Source: an uncultured archaeon (GTDB taxonomy: Archaea; Iainarchaeota; Iainarchaeia; Iainarchaeales; CSSED10-239). From it: DNA of 32,000 bases. Positions 16,414 through 26,525 of the stretch are shown piece by piece; position 1 is the first letter of the stretch; each line of letters opens with the position of its first letter. The position numbers were made by a program, and so were the translations under genes. The notes beneath the pieces were generated by a model. It was not told where the DNA came from, made no database searches, and saw only the letters and a program-made list of their open reading frames with translations. The DNA lies in the NCBI GenBank assembly GCA_964586355.1, contig CAZPGO010000032.1, positions 1 to 32,000 on the forward strand, read 5' to 3'.

Positions 16414-16522
16414 TTAGATTTTTCACAACCTTTTTTTTGATTTTTTTTAATATAATAAAGCTTTTTATAATCTTTTATACCTATTTATTTTATTTATAAT
16501 ATATATAATATGTGAAATAAAT

Positions 16523-17812
16523 ATGCTTGATATTAAATTTATAAGAGAAAACAAAGATCTAGTAAAAGAAAACACAAAAAAAAAAGGAAAAGATGCTCTT
16601 TTACCATTAGTTGATGAGATTATAGATCTGGATAAAAAATATAGAGAAGGAATCGTTCTTGCAAACTCTCTAAAACAAAAAAGAAATCAAGTCACAGAAA
16701 AAATTGCAGAAAATAAACAAAAAGGACTTGGAGTAGATGAGCTTATTTTAGAAGCCAGAGAGTTACCAGGCAAAATAAAAGAAATAGATGAAAAACAAAA
16801 AGAACTTTTTGAAAAAATAATAGATCTACAAAAAAAATTCCCAAATATTGTTTCAGAAAAAACACCAATAGGTAAAGATGAATCCGAAAATGTAGAGATA
16901 GAAAGATATGGCAAAATTAAAGAATTTGATTTTGAGCAAAAAACACATAGTGAACTTATAGAAAAATTAAATGTTGCTAATTTTGAAGCATCTAGAGAAG
17001 TTGCTGGTAAGGGGTTTTATTATCTTACTGGAGATCTTGCTCTGTTAAATAGAGCACTTATTAATTATGCTACTGATTATTTACAAAGTAAGAACTATAC
17101 CTATGTTTTACCACCAATATTAATTAACAAAAATGCATGTGATGGAGTAATTGATTTTGAATTTTTTAGAGACATGGTGTATAAGATAGAAAATGAAGAC
17201 CTTTATCTTATAGGAACTTCAGAACATCCATTAATATCTATGTTTATAAATAAGACAATTGATGAAGAAAAGCTACCAATAAAACTATTTAGCTATACTC
17301 CTTGTTTTAGAAAGGAAATTGGTAGTCATGGAATAGATGAGAGAGGTCTTTTTAGATTACATCAATTTGATAAAGTTGAGCAAGTTATTATTTGTGATCC
17401 ATTAAGTTCAACAGAACTTTTTGAAGAATTAAAAGAGAATACAATTAAATTATTTAAAGATCTAGACCTGCCAATAAGAGTATTAGAGATCTGTACAGGA
17501 GATCTTGGAGATACAAAGCATAGGCAGATAGATGTTGAAGTGTGGTCTCCTAGATCAAATAAGTATATTGAAGTTGGTTCTTGTAGTAACCTAACAGATA
17601 ATCAATCAGTAAAACTAAATATTAAAGCAAAAAATAAACAAAATGACAAACATTATGTTCATACCCTAAATGATACTGCAATTGCAACCTCTAGAGCACT
17701 TGTTGCAATTATTGAAAATAACCAAACAAAAGAAGGAACTATTCAAATTCCAAAAGTCTTACAGAAATATATGTTTGGTAAAACAGAGATTAAAAGAAAT
17801 AATCTATTTTAG
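16523..17812 (+). CDS. serS: Seryl-tRNA synthetase (standard bacterial/eukaryal-like type)
   Basis: N-terminal coiled-coil MLDIKFIRENKDLV. Class II motif 2 CFRKEIGSHGIDERGLFRLHQFDKVEQ. Motif 3-like region TLNDTAIATSRALVAIIENNQ. Confidence 0.92.
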   Translation: MLDIKFIRENKDLVKENTKKKGKDALLPLVDEIIDLDKKYREGIVLANSLKQKRNQVTEKIAENKQKGLGVDELILEARELPGKIKEIDEKQKELFEKIIDLQKKFPNIVSEKTPIGKDESENVEIERYGKIKEFDFEQKTHSELIEKLNVANFEASREVAGKGFYYLTGDLALLNRALINYATDYLQSKNYTYVLPPILINKNACDGVIDFEFFRDMVYKIENEDLYLIGTSEHPLISMFINKTIDEEKLPIKLFSYTPCFRKEIGSHGIDERGLFRLHQFDKVEQVIICDPLSSTELFEELKENTIKLFKDLDLPIRVLEICTGDLGDTKHRQIDVEVWSPRSNKYIEVGSCSNLTDNQSVKLNIKAKNKQNDKHYVHTLNDTAIATSRALVAIIENNQTKEGTIQIPKVLQKYMFGKTEIKRNNLF

Positions 17813-17916
17813 ATTTTTGTTTTTTATAATCCAATTATTTAAATAAAGTTTGCACTAAAATTATTAAGATCAATGATATTTATAGATATATATTAGAATA
17901 AAAAGAGAAAATCACC

Positions 17917-20900
17917 ATGCAGATAAAAGAATTAATAATAAAAAATTTCAAATCCTTTGATTATGCACAAATACCATTCAAAGATGGTCTTGGGGTTGTT
18001 GTTGGACCAAATGGATCAGGTAAAAGTAATATTATTGATGCTTTGTTATTTGTTTTTGGAATAACATCTCTAAAAAGACTAAGAGTAGATAAATTATCAG
18101 ATCTTGTAAACCATAATTCAAAAGAAAAAACAGCAAGAGTAAGATTAGTTTTTGAACATGGTGGTCAAAATGTTGATATTGTAAGAGAAATTGATGCTTC
18201 TGGTAAATCTGTTTTTTTACTTAATGAAAAAAGAAAAGCATTAAATGAAATTACTTCTTTTTTAGAAGAACTTGGACTAACTGCAGATAGTTATTATACA
18301 GTTCAACAAGGAGATGTAACTAGAGTCATCAACATGAGCTCAGAAGAGCGAAGAAAAATAATTGAAGATATCTCTGGTTTATCTTTGTTTGATGAAAGAA
18401 AAAAAGAGGCACAAGATAATCTTGATAAAGTAAATAAAAGACTAGAGAAAGTATCTATTGCTCTAAACGAGAGAAGGCCATATATAGAACAACTATCTAA
18501 AGAAAAAGAAGATGCTATTAAATATAAAGAATTGGATTTTAATGAACAACTTTTCACCTATACTCTTTATAGAAAACAAATAGAAGATGCCAAAAATGAG
18601 CTAGAACTAGAAGAAGCTACAATACAAAAAAAATTAATTGATATTGATAATTTACAAAAAGAAAAAAAAGAAATTTATATTAAAATATCAGATCTAGAAA
18701 AGAAACAAGAACAACTAAATATAGATCTAATTGCTCATTCTGAAAAAGTTCAATCAACTATTGGCAGAGAGCTTTCTGAGAGTAAAGCAAATAAAGAAAT
18801 TGTTTTAAATAATTTAAAACTTAGAGAAGAGAATCTAGAATCATTAAAAAAAGAAAACGAAAAAGCAGCAATAGATCTTTCTTTATTTAAAAAACAAAGC
18901 CAAGATGTTTTAGGAGTTATTAATGATCAAAAACAAAAACTAGATCTTAAAAAAATAACAAGAGATCAATTAAAGGAAAAAGTTGATAATAATCTTAAAG
19001 AGTATGAGAAATTAAGAGCATTAAAGGAAGAGTATTATCTTTCATTAAATAATATTAATAAAAAATTAGCTCTATTACAAGACCAATATCTAGAAAATAA
19101 AAACAAAATTAGTGCCTATAACTATCAAAAAGAAAGCTTAGAAAAACAAGAAAAAATTAGAGAACAAGAAAAAAAAGATCTTGAACAAAAAAGAAAAGAG
19201 ATAGAAGATGGATTAATTGTTTTAAGAAAAGATCTAGAAAAAACCGAAAAAGAAATTCTAGAAAATAATAAAGATCTTGATAAAATAAAAAAAGATCTTT
19301 TAGAAAAAACAGAAAAACAAAATAAATTTTCTATTGATCTTGCATCATTAAAAAAAGATCTCTCTTTTAGTGTTTCTGTTTTAGATAAAAAAGATAAAGT
19401 TAAAGAAAAATTAAAAAAATTTAGTAGTTATGTTGGATTTTTAGAAGATCATGTTTCATTAGACAAATCCCAAAAATCAATTTATTCTAATTATGTAATA
19501 TTAAAAGATGTTAGTGAGATCTCAAAAATAATAAAAGACATAGATATAAATATTTATTTTGTGGTATTATCTGCTTTAGATCTTAAATTAGAAGATCTGT
19601 TTGAAAACTTTAAAAAAGAAAAAACAAAACACACAAAACAATTAGAAATAGATGGATTCTATTTTGATGGTTTTTGTTATAAAAGAATACTTGTAAAAGA
19701 TAGTAAAGATCTAGAAACAAAGATTGGTAACTTAGAAAAAGAGATCTCAACTAATAAGGAGCAAATAAGTAAGTTAGAAGAAACCATTAAAGAAAAAACA
19801 GAAAAATTAAACTTTTTAATAAAAGAGCAAAACACTTATAACATTAAAATAAATACACAAGTAGGTCTGTTAGATGATCTAATCTCAAAAATATCAGATC
19901 TAAAAGAGAGAAAAGAATCTGTTGCTACAAAAACTATTACACAAAATCTTGGACAAACAGAAAAAGATCTTACTTTAATAGAAAAAGAGCTCTCCCTTAC
20001 AAAAACACAAAAGCAAGAAATTGATTCTAAGTTAAAGGAGATAGATCTTGGTTCTCATGATTCTCTAAGAGACGAATATGATTCTTTAGTTTTTGAAATT
20101 AATCAACTAGAACAAAGCTTAATCTCTAAAAATGCTGAAATAAAATCTTTTTCTGAAAAAAGTGATAGTAAGGTTAATTACATAGAGATAAATAATCAAA
20201 AAATAAAAGAATATGAGTTACAAGTAAATGAGTATAAAGATAAGTTATTAACTCTAGAAAACAAAATAAAAGAAGTTTCAGAAAAATACAGCAGAGAAGA
20301 AGAAAAAAAGCAACAAATGTTTGAAGAAAGATCTAAAATTAATCATGAAATTTCTCAATATAATCAACAAAATTATTCTTTAGAATCTGATATTAACGAG
20401 ATTAATTCTTTGATAAATGATTCAAAAATAAATCTTACAACCATAAAAAGTAAGATAACACAAACAGAGCAAAATCTAAAATTACTTGAAACTTCAATAG
20501 ATATTAAAAAAGAAAATATAGATCTCTCTATTGAAGAACTATACTCTAAGTTAAGATCTATAAAACGTGAAAAAAATGCACTAGGTAATATTAATTTTAA
20601 TGCAATTGAAAGTTATGAAAAGCTTGCAAAAGAATATGAAGAAATTATTCAAAAATATGATGTGATTATTAAAGAAAGAGAGCAAGTTGAAGCAATGCTT
20701 TCTGAGATTAATATGAAAAAGACTACAATATTTATGGATTGTTTTAATAAAGTAAATAAAGAATTTAAAGATGTTATTTCAAAAATGTCTAAAACCCTCT
20801 TAGGATCTCTTGAACTTGTTGGTGAAGATGAATTAACTTCTAAGTTAATGATAAATATTACCAAAAATAAAACCACTAAAAATATTGATATTATGTCAGG

Positions 20901-21168
20901 TGGAGAAAAGACCATTACAGCTCTTGCTTTTATCTTTGCTATTAATGCTTATAAAAAATGTCCTTTTTATATTTTGGATGAGGTTGATGCAGCATTAGAT
21001 GATCTAAATTCAGATAATTTATTAAACTATATTAAAGAGTTGTCTAAGAGTACAACCATAATTGCAGTAACACACAATAGTGCTTTAGTAAGTGGTGCTA
21101 ATCAGATTGTTGGTGTTACTTTGAAGGGTAATTCTTCTGTTATTGGTTTGGATATGGGCGGATATTAG
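17917..21168 (+). CDS. smc: SMC chromosome-condensation ATPase (1083 aa) with a short, atypical hinge
   Basis: Walker A GPNGSGKSNIIDA. Long coiled coils. Signature MSGGEKT. Walker B YILDEVDAALD. Confidence 0.88.
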   Translation: MQIKELIIKNFKSFDYAQIPFKDGLGVVVGPNGSGKSNIIDALLFVFGITSLKRLRVDKLSDLVNHNSKEKTARVRLVFEHGGQNVDIVREIDASGKSVFLLNEKRKALNEITSFLEELGLTADSYYTVQQGDVTRVINMSSEERRKIIEDISGLSLFDERKKEAQDNLDKVNKRLEKVSIALNERRPYIEQLSKEKEDAIKYKELDFNEQLFTYTLYRKQIEDAKNELELEEATIQKKLIDIDNLQKEKKEIYIKISDLEKKQEQLNIDLIAHSEKVQSTIGRELSESKANKEIVLNNLKLREENLESLKKENEKAAIDLSLFKKQSQDVLGVINDQKQKLDLKKITRDQLKEKVDNNLKEYEKLRALKEEYYLSLNNINKKLALLQDQYLENKNKISAYNYQKESLEKQEKIREQEKKDLEQKRKEIEDGLIVLRKDLEKTEKEILENNKDLDKIKKDLLEKTEKQNKFSIDLASLKKDLSFSVSVLDKKDKVKEKLKKFSSYVGFLEDHVSLDKSQKSIYSNYVILKDVSEISKIIKDIDINIYFVVLSALDLKLEDLFENFKKEKTKHTKQLEIDGFYFDGFCYKRILVKDSKDLETKIGNLEKEISTNKEQISKLEETIKEKTEKLNFLIKEQNTYNIKINTQVGLLDDLISKISDLKERKESVATKTITQNLGQTEKDLTLIEKELSLTKTQKQEIDSKLKEIDLGSHDSLRDEYDSLVFEINQLEQSLISKNAEIKSFSEKSDSKVNYIEINNQKIKEYELQVNEYKDKLLTLENKIKEVSEKYSREEEKKQQMFEERSKINHEISQYNQQNYSLESDINEINSLINDSKINLTTIKSKITQTEQNLKLLETSIDIKKENIDLSIEELYSKLRSIKREKNALGNINFNAIESYEKLAKEYEEIIQKYDVIIKEREQVEAMLSEINMKKTTIFMDCFNKVNKEFKDVISKMSKTLLGSLELVGEDELTSKLMINITKNKTTKNIDIMSGGEKTITALAFIFAINAYKKCPFYILDEVDAALDDLNSDNLLNYIKELSKSTTIIAVTHNSALVSGANQIVGVTLKGNSSVIGLDMGGY

Positions 21169-21233
21169 TTTTTTTGTTTAAATCCTTATCTTTTTATTCT
21201 TTTTGTTAGGTTATTGATTTCTATTTCCACCTT

Positions 21234-21289
21234 CTCTTTTTAAACTTAACTGCTTGTTTTTGATTCAGCAACTCTTTTTAAACTTAACT
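21234..21289 (+). repeat. 18-nt direct repeat ctctttttaaacttaact x2 in the smc/surface-protein spacer
   Basis: Identical copies at 21234-21251 and 21272-21289, counted directly. Confidence 0.8.
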
Positions 21290-21376
21290 AATCCATGTAT
21301 ATATATATTAACTATACAAAGTTAATTGTTGATCTTATGATTAACATAAGTAAAAACACAAAAACCCCCTTTTTTC

Positions 21377-21397
21377 GCCCTTTTTTAAAAAAAGGGC
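21377..21397 (+). promoter_or_regulatory. Perfect palindrome gcccttttttaaaaaaagggc, 27 nt upstream of ATG 21424
   Basis: GCCC T6 / A7 GGGC, read directly. Could be an operator or a 5'-UTR hairpin. Confidence 0.3.
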
Positions 21398-21423
21398 AAT
21401 ATTTATTTAAAAAAGGAATAATT

Positions 21424-22350
21424 ATGAAAAAAATTAGATCTTTAATTTTTATTTTTTTAGCAATCATTATGTTATCTATATTTGTAAAAAATGTTTTTGC
21501 TAGTGAGATCAACTATACCTTCACAGAAACAGTTGTTCTTAAGGATAAGCCTGTTTTTTATGATCTAACCCTGCATAATCCTTCTAATGAATCTCAATTG
21601 TACCAAATTAAGGCATATACCACGCCATTTAAAGTAACATTAATACCAGAAAAAATAAGACTAGCACCAAGAGAAACAGGAACAATCTCTTTTATGTTTG
21701 AGCCTCTCTTGGACCAATTAGAGTCTGTTTATGCCTCTAATTTTAAAATAACTTCTAATAATGAAAATAAAACAATATATTTTAATATTAATCAAAAATC
21801 TAACAAAATTTGTCCATTAACAATAACTATAGATGATATTATTAATGATGAAAATTTATCATTTATTTTAAGAGTAGAAAATAATAGTACTAGAGGGTAT
21901 AATCTAGAATTAATCTCTTTAGAAAATATTAATGATTTTAATAGATCTGTACTAAGATCTAACAGAGAAGAAATAATTGAGAAAACATATGTTTTTTCTG
22001 ATTTTAATAGAGATTTAGAAAGAACAATTCTTACCTATAAATGCAACAATATAGAAAACACAAAAGAAATAGAAATACCTAAACAAGAGAAAGAAGAAAC
22101 ACAAACAGAAGTTACAGGAGTAACAGGTTTTGTTGGTTTTTTAGATCTTGGTTTTGTAAATGTTTTTTTAGACTCATTTGCTGCAATTTTTTTGGGTTTT
22201 GTAAATGTTTTTTATAACTCTTTAATCTCTATTGATTTCTTAGTAATTTTAAATTCCACAATAACTCATATAATTTTAATAGTTATTTTAGTATTTTTAA
22301 TTTTATCTTTTACAACTAGATATATAAAATATCTCTATCTAAAAAAATAA
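21424..22350 (+). CDS. Secreted/membrane-anchored surface protein with Ig-like (CARDB-like) repeats and a hydrophobic C-terminus
   Basis: I prefer ATG 21424 (MKKIRSLIFIFLAIIMLSIFVKNVFA, signal-peptide-like) over the track start at 21295. Two beta-sandwich-like segments, an E/T-rich spacer, VTGVTGF, hydrophobic helices, then a basic end. Confidence 0.55.
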   Translation: MKKIRSLIFIFLAIIMLSIFVKNVFASEINYTFTETVVLKDKPVFYDLTLHNPSNESQLYQIKAYTTPFKVTLIPEKIRLAPRETGTISFMFEPLLDQLESVYASNFKITSNNENKTIYFNINQKSNKICPLTITIDDIINDENLSFILRVENNSTRGYNLELISLENINDFNRSVLRSNREEIIEKTYVFSDFNRDLERTILTYKCNNIENTKEIEIPKQEKEETQTEVTGVTGFVGFLDLGFVNVFLDSFAAIFLGFVNVFYNSLISIDFLVILNSTITHIILIVILVFLILSFTTRYIKYLYLKK

Positions 22351-22366
22351 AAAAATGTGATATATT

Positions 22367-24205
22367 ATGAAAAAAATGAATCTTGTAATAGGAATATTAA
22401 TAATATTCTCTTTTATAAATATTGGATTGGTTTCTGCTAATGCAATTAATAACATAGATCTAACCTTTGATAAAGAGTATTATTCTGTAATGGAAGATAC
22501 TAGTCTTAGAGTTGGATTTACAATAAAAAATAGAAACAATTTTGATGTTAAGTTATTTGCATACACTGAGTGTGATAATGATGATATTGTTTGTGATTAT
22601 AGTAAAACATTTGATATTTCCAAAAACTCAGAAAAAACAGGTTCTTTTTATGTTACTGGAATAGATGATTACAGTTCATCAGTAAGAATATATTTAAGAG
22701 GGATGGACACACAAACCTCTGGTCAAGAAATAGATTTTTATACAGATATAGATGTTGTAAGGGATTATGACGATTCAGATTTTGAAATTGATCTTAGAAA
22801 CCATTCTTTATGTATTGGTGAATCTAATGAACTAATATTAGAGATAGATAATTATAATCAAAATGACTTTTATGATCTAAAACTGGAAAGTAGTAAACTA
22901 ATCTTTGATCAAGTTACTAGTAATCCTGTATATTTAGGAAACGATCTAAAAGAAATAAAATATCTAGTAACTGTTCCAAAAGAGGTTTTACCAGGAACAA
23001 GTTATGATGTTATTTTAAGAATAGAAAATGATAGAGTTTCAGTAACTAATGAATTCTCTGTATCAGTTACTCACTGCCCCAAACCTGCTGATTTTAGTGT
23101 TAGTGGAGCTAGTGTGGTTTCATATTATTTAAATAAAGATGATTCAAAAACAGAAACCTATACAATATACAATAATTCTTCACATAAGAAAAAAATCTTT
23201 GTTGCAGAAACTCAAGAAGATAATGAGATCTTTGTAGAGATTGGTAATAGAGAGATAGAGATCTTACCAAGATCCAGTAAAACAGTAGAAATAACTTTTA
23301 ATGTTCCTAAAGAAATAGACTCTGGAACAAAGGAAATAGATCTATCTTTTTTTGATGGTTTGCATACTGTTTCTAAAAAAGTAAGATTACAGATAAATCC
23401 AGAATATAAGATAAGCACAAGAATACTACAAGGAAATGAAGTCACTTTACCAATAGGGCGATTTGTAGATGTAATGTTAGTTATTGAAAATAATGGAGAT
23501 CTTTATGAGACCTTTGATATTTTAACAAATGTTTCAGGGGATATTACTCTAAGAACAAGAGAAAACACTATAACAGTTTTGCCAAAAAGCAGTTATATTT
23601 TACCATTAACAGTTTCTGCAGGAAACCATATAGAAGAAGGGGACCTTGCAAGAATGGATGTTAGAGTTGTTGGTAGAAATAGTGATTATTTAAGAAATTT
23701 TTCAGTAAATTTTAATGTTGTAAGAAGTAAGGGTTCTTTACCTATTGAGTTTTTATCTTTTCCTAAAGAGGTTGCAATTGATGCAAATACTACTGTTAAT
23801 TTCCAAATAGAACTTAAAAACTTTAGTAATGAAGAGATAATTATTGATAGAATAGAAATAAATAGCCTTCCTCAAAACATAAATTACAGTACTCCACAAA
23901 ATATTTCTTTGGCATCTCAAGAGAGAAAAATTATAGATGGCTCTTTATATATTGGCAATCTACAATTACAACCAGGTGATGAAATATTAGCAAGAGTTGC
24001 TTTTATTGGTAGAGATGGAACTGTACTAGAAAAGAAATTACTTTTAAAAACACCAACAGATGTAAAGACAGAAGAACCTAAAAAATCAAAAGTTACTGGG
24101 TTTTTAAATCTAAGTAATTCTATTTTCTTAGGTTTGATTGTAATTTCAATATCAATAATCTTAATGTTTGCTTTAGGTGTTTTTAAGAAAAAAAATAGAT
24201 TTTAA
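22367..24205 (+). CDS. Surface protein: signal peptide, about five CARDB/Ig-like repeats, C-terminal TM anchor
   Basis: MKKMNLVIGILIIFSFINIGLVSANA signal. Roughly 105-aa repeats follow an 'x-IxNxg..-..I.l.P.SSK.v...v.vP' pattern. C-terminus: KSKVTGFLNLSNSIFLGLIVISISIILMFALGVFKKKNRF. Confidence 0.6.
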   Translation: MKKMNLVIGILIIFSFINIGLVSANAINNIDLTFDKEYYSVMEDTSLRVGFTIKNRNNFDVKLFAYTECDNDDIVCDYSKTFDISKNSEKTGSFYVTGIDDYSSSVRIYLRGMDTQTSGQEIDFYTDIDVVRDYDDSDFEIDLRNHSLCIGESNELILEIDNYNQNDFYDLKLESSKLIFDQVTSNPVYLGNDLKEIKYLVTVPKEVLPGTSYDVILRIENDRVSVTNEFSVSVTHCPKPADFSVSGASVVSYYLNKDDSKTETYTIYNNSSHKKKIFVAETQEDNEIFVEIGNREIEILPRSSKTVEITFNVPKEIDSGTKEIDLSFFDGLHTVSKKVRLQINPEYKISTRILQGNEVTLPIGRFVDVMLVIENNGDLYETFDILTNVSGDITLRTRENTITVLPKSSYILPLTVSAGNHIEEGDLARMDVRVVGRNSDYLRNFSVNFNVVRSKGSLPIEFLSFPKEVAIDANTTVNFQIELKNFSNEEIIIDRIEINSLPQNINYSTPQNISLASQERKIIDGSLYIGNLQLQPGDEILARVAFIGRDGTVLEKKLLLKTPTDVKTEEPKKSKVTGFLNLSNSIFLGLIVISISIILMFALGVFKKKNRF

Positions 24206-25839
24206 TCCTTAAGATTATCAAAAACATTTTTTTCTTTTTCTATATTTTTCATTTTATTTTCTATTAGTTTCATTGTTTGGTTCATTTTTTCTATATTTTT
24301 ATCAATTACTGCAATAAACTGCTCTTTAAATTTATCAATCTCATTTATTTTGTCTTGAGCAATTTGTATTTTTTTAATTTCTGATTCTACTTTTTCTTTA
24401 ATTTCATCTACTGTTCTTATTTTTCCTTTAACCTCTTGAGTTATTGCTGACTCATATATGTTTAGTGCCCCTGAGATCTTTTCATCAATACTTTCTAATA
24501 ACATCTTTTTAAAATCCACTAATTCATCTATCTTTTTTGAAATGATTTCTGGATCTGTTTTTGAAACTATGGTATTTTTTAGATTGTTTAGTTCCAAAAA
24601 TTGTTTGTCTATGTCGTTTTTATAAGCATCTTTTGCTTTTACTAAAAACTCTCTTTTAACTCCTTCAAATCTATCCTCATATCTGTTTGCTAGTTTTTGT
24701 TTAAAGGACTCTAGTTCAGACAACTTATCATAAAGTTCTTTTGGATTGATTTGGCTAGAGATTTTTTCCTTAAAGTCATTAAGTTTTTTAACCTCAGTAT
24801 TTATTGCACTTTGTGTGTTTTTTATTAGTCCTTGTGTTATTCTTGATTGAAGTGCTAAGATGTCATTAATTTCTTTTAGTTTTACATTTATTTTTGTGGT
24901 AGTGGTTACTGTTAGTTTATTAATATTATCCTGTATTATTTTACTATTTCCTTCCAGTTGTTCACCAAGTTCATTAACATTATTTATGGTCTTTTGTAAT
25001 TCTGATTTGCCACTATTTATTTCTTCAATTTTTTTATTTAGTTTTGCTTGTTCTATTTTAATCATTGCAAGTTGTTTTGTTATTTGTACATTTGCTGCTT
25101 GTTCTTGTTGACTAATCATATCTGTTAATTTAGAGATTAATAGTTGTTTGTTTGTTTCTTGAATTTTTTTGTATTTTATTAACTCTTGATCTATTTTTGA
25201 TTTTAAATATTCTTCTATTTTTTCTTGTTTAGACTCTATCTCAGAAAGTTTAGTGTTTATTGTGGTTGCAAGACCAGTTTCCCAAATATTTTGATCTTCT
25301 TTAATCTCTATTGGTGCTATTGCTGGCTTTGTTATTTTTTTTGTATTTTCTTTTTTATCTAGTTCTTCTATTTTTTCATTAAATTTATCATAAACATTTT
25401 CAGAGATTAGATCATCTTTTTCTTCTTTGTCTTTTCTGTTAAGTTGATCTAAATCTAGATCTTTTGTAATATCTGGAAGTTCTTCTTCTGTTTCTTCTTT
25501 TTTAGAATCTTCTTTTTTTTCATCACTAAGTTCTTTAACCCCTTGTTTTAGATCAGAGATTTCATCAGAATCAGAGTTAAAAAAATCAGAAGGAATTTCT
25601 TCTTTTTTAAAAGCTGATGCTACAGTTACTTTTTTTTCTTCTGGATTAGAAACAGAGATCTCTTTACTTCCATTTTGATCTGATTTCAATGGTTCTTTTT
25701 TAGAATCAGAATTAAGTAAATCATTACAATCTTTTTCAGAGAGACCCATTTTTAGCAAATTCTCTTTTATTTCTTTATCAGACATTCCTAAACTTTTTAG
25801 TTTTTTAATATTTTCAATAATTCTTGGGTCAGGAATCAT
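24202..25839 (-). CDS. Acidic coiled-coil protein (545 aa) with a small N-terminal helical module
   Basis: N-terminal IENIKKLKSLGMSDKEIKENLLKMGLSEKDCNDLL (UBA/Pex14-N-like three-helix look). Then an acidic low-complexity region and ~350 aa of heptad-like K/E/I/L/N/Q repeats. Starts 7 nt downstream of adk. Confidence 0.6.
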   Translation of the reverse strand: MIPDPRIIENIKKLKSLGMSDKEIKENLLKMGLSEKDCNDLLNSDSKKEPLKSDQNGSKEISVSNPEEKKVTVASAFKKEEIPSDFFNSDSDEISDLKQGVKELSDEKKEDSKKEETEEELPDITKDLDLDQLNRKDKEEKDDLISENVYDKFNEKIEELDKKENTKKITKPAIAPIEIKEDQNIWETGLATTINTKLSEIESKQEKIEEYLKSKIDQELIKYKKIQETNKQLLISKLTDMISQQEQAANVQITKQLAMIKIEQAKLNKKIEEINSGKSELQKTINNVNELGEQLEGNSKIIQDNINKLTVTTTTKINVKLKEINDILALQSRITQGLIKNTQSAINTEVKKLNDFKEKISSQINPKELYDKLSELESFKQKLANRYEDRFEGVKREFLVKAKDAYKNDIDKQFLELNNLKNTIVSKTDPEIISKKIDELVDFKKMLLESIDEKISGALNIYESAITQEVKGKIRTVDEIKEKVESEIKKIQIAQDKINEIDKFKEQFIAVIDKNIEKMNQTMKLIENKMKNIEKEKNVFDNLKD

Positions 25840-25845
25840 AAAAAT

Positions 25846-26406
25846 TTACACATTTTTTATTTTTTTTAAAATTTCTTTATGTACTTCTTCTATTGTTTGT
25901 TTTCCATTAATATCTAGTAATAACCCAGTTTTTTTATAATAATCTAAAACTGGTTTTGAATCTTTAAAGTAGATATTAAATCTATGTTCTATAATTTCTT
26001 TAGTGTCATCATATCTTTTTCTAAGAAGCATTCTTTTAACACATTCTTTTTTTGGCACATTTATGAAAAGTACTTTTTTTAGTTTATAATTTTTAGTATG
26101 TAAAAAATAATTAAAAATTATTGCTTGAGTATTAACTCTTGGAAAGCCATCTAAAATTATTTTGTTAGATCTTTCTTTTTGTATTTTCTTAAATAAAAGA
26201 TCGCAAGCAATTTCGTCTGGTGCTAGGTTACCTTTACTAATTAGCTTATGAATATATTTGCCGATTTTTGTTTTTTTCTTAATCTCTTCCTTTAAAACAT
26301 CGCTCATTACAATGTTTTTATATTTTAATTTTTTAGACAACAATTCATTTTGTGTGCTCTTACCACTACCAGCTGGTCCAAGTATAATTAGTATTTCTTT
26401 TGTCAT
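25846..26406 (-). CDS. adk: Adenylate kinase (short form, no zinc lid)
   Basis: GPAGSGKSTQ P-loop, ILDGFPR, and length 186 aa. Confidence 0.85.
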   Translation of the reverse strand: MTKEILIILGPAGSGKSTQNELLSKKLKYKNIVMSDVLKEEIKKKTKIGKYIHKLISKGNLAPDEIACDLLFKKIQKERSNKIILDGFPRVNTQAIIFNYFLHTKNYKLKKVLFINVPKKECVKRMLLRKRYDDTKEIIEHRFNIYFKDSKPVLDYYKKTGLLLDINGKQTIEEVHKEILKKIKNV

Positions 26407-26525
26407 GTTAATTTTTGTTATATTTTTTACTATTATATTTTAAAGGTTATATAATATATATCTATATATTAGTAATTATACTAATATTTAAAAAGATTGT
26501 TTTTTATAGTTAACTATTAAAATAT

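Noticed and set aside
21295-21423. Upstream extension of the surface-protein ORF (MYIYINYTKLIV...)
   Set aside because: The extension reads through the AT-rich spacer and the GCCC-T6/A7-GGGC palindrome. ATG 21424 gives a canonical signal peptide. The longer form remains possible.
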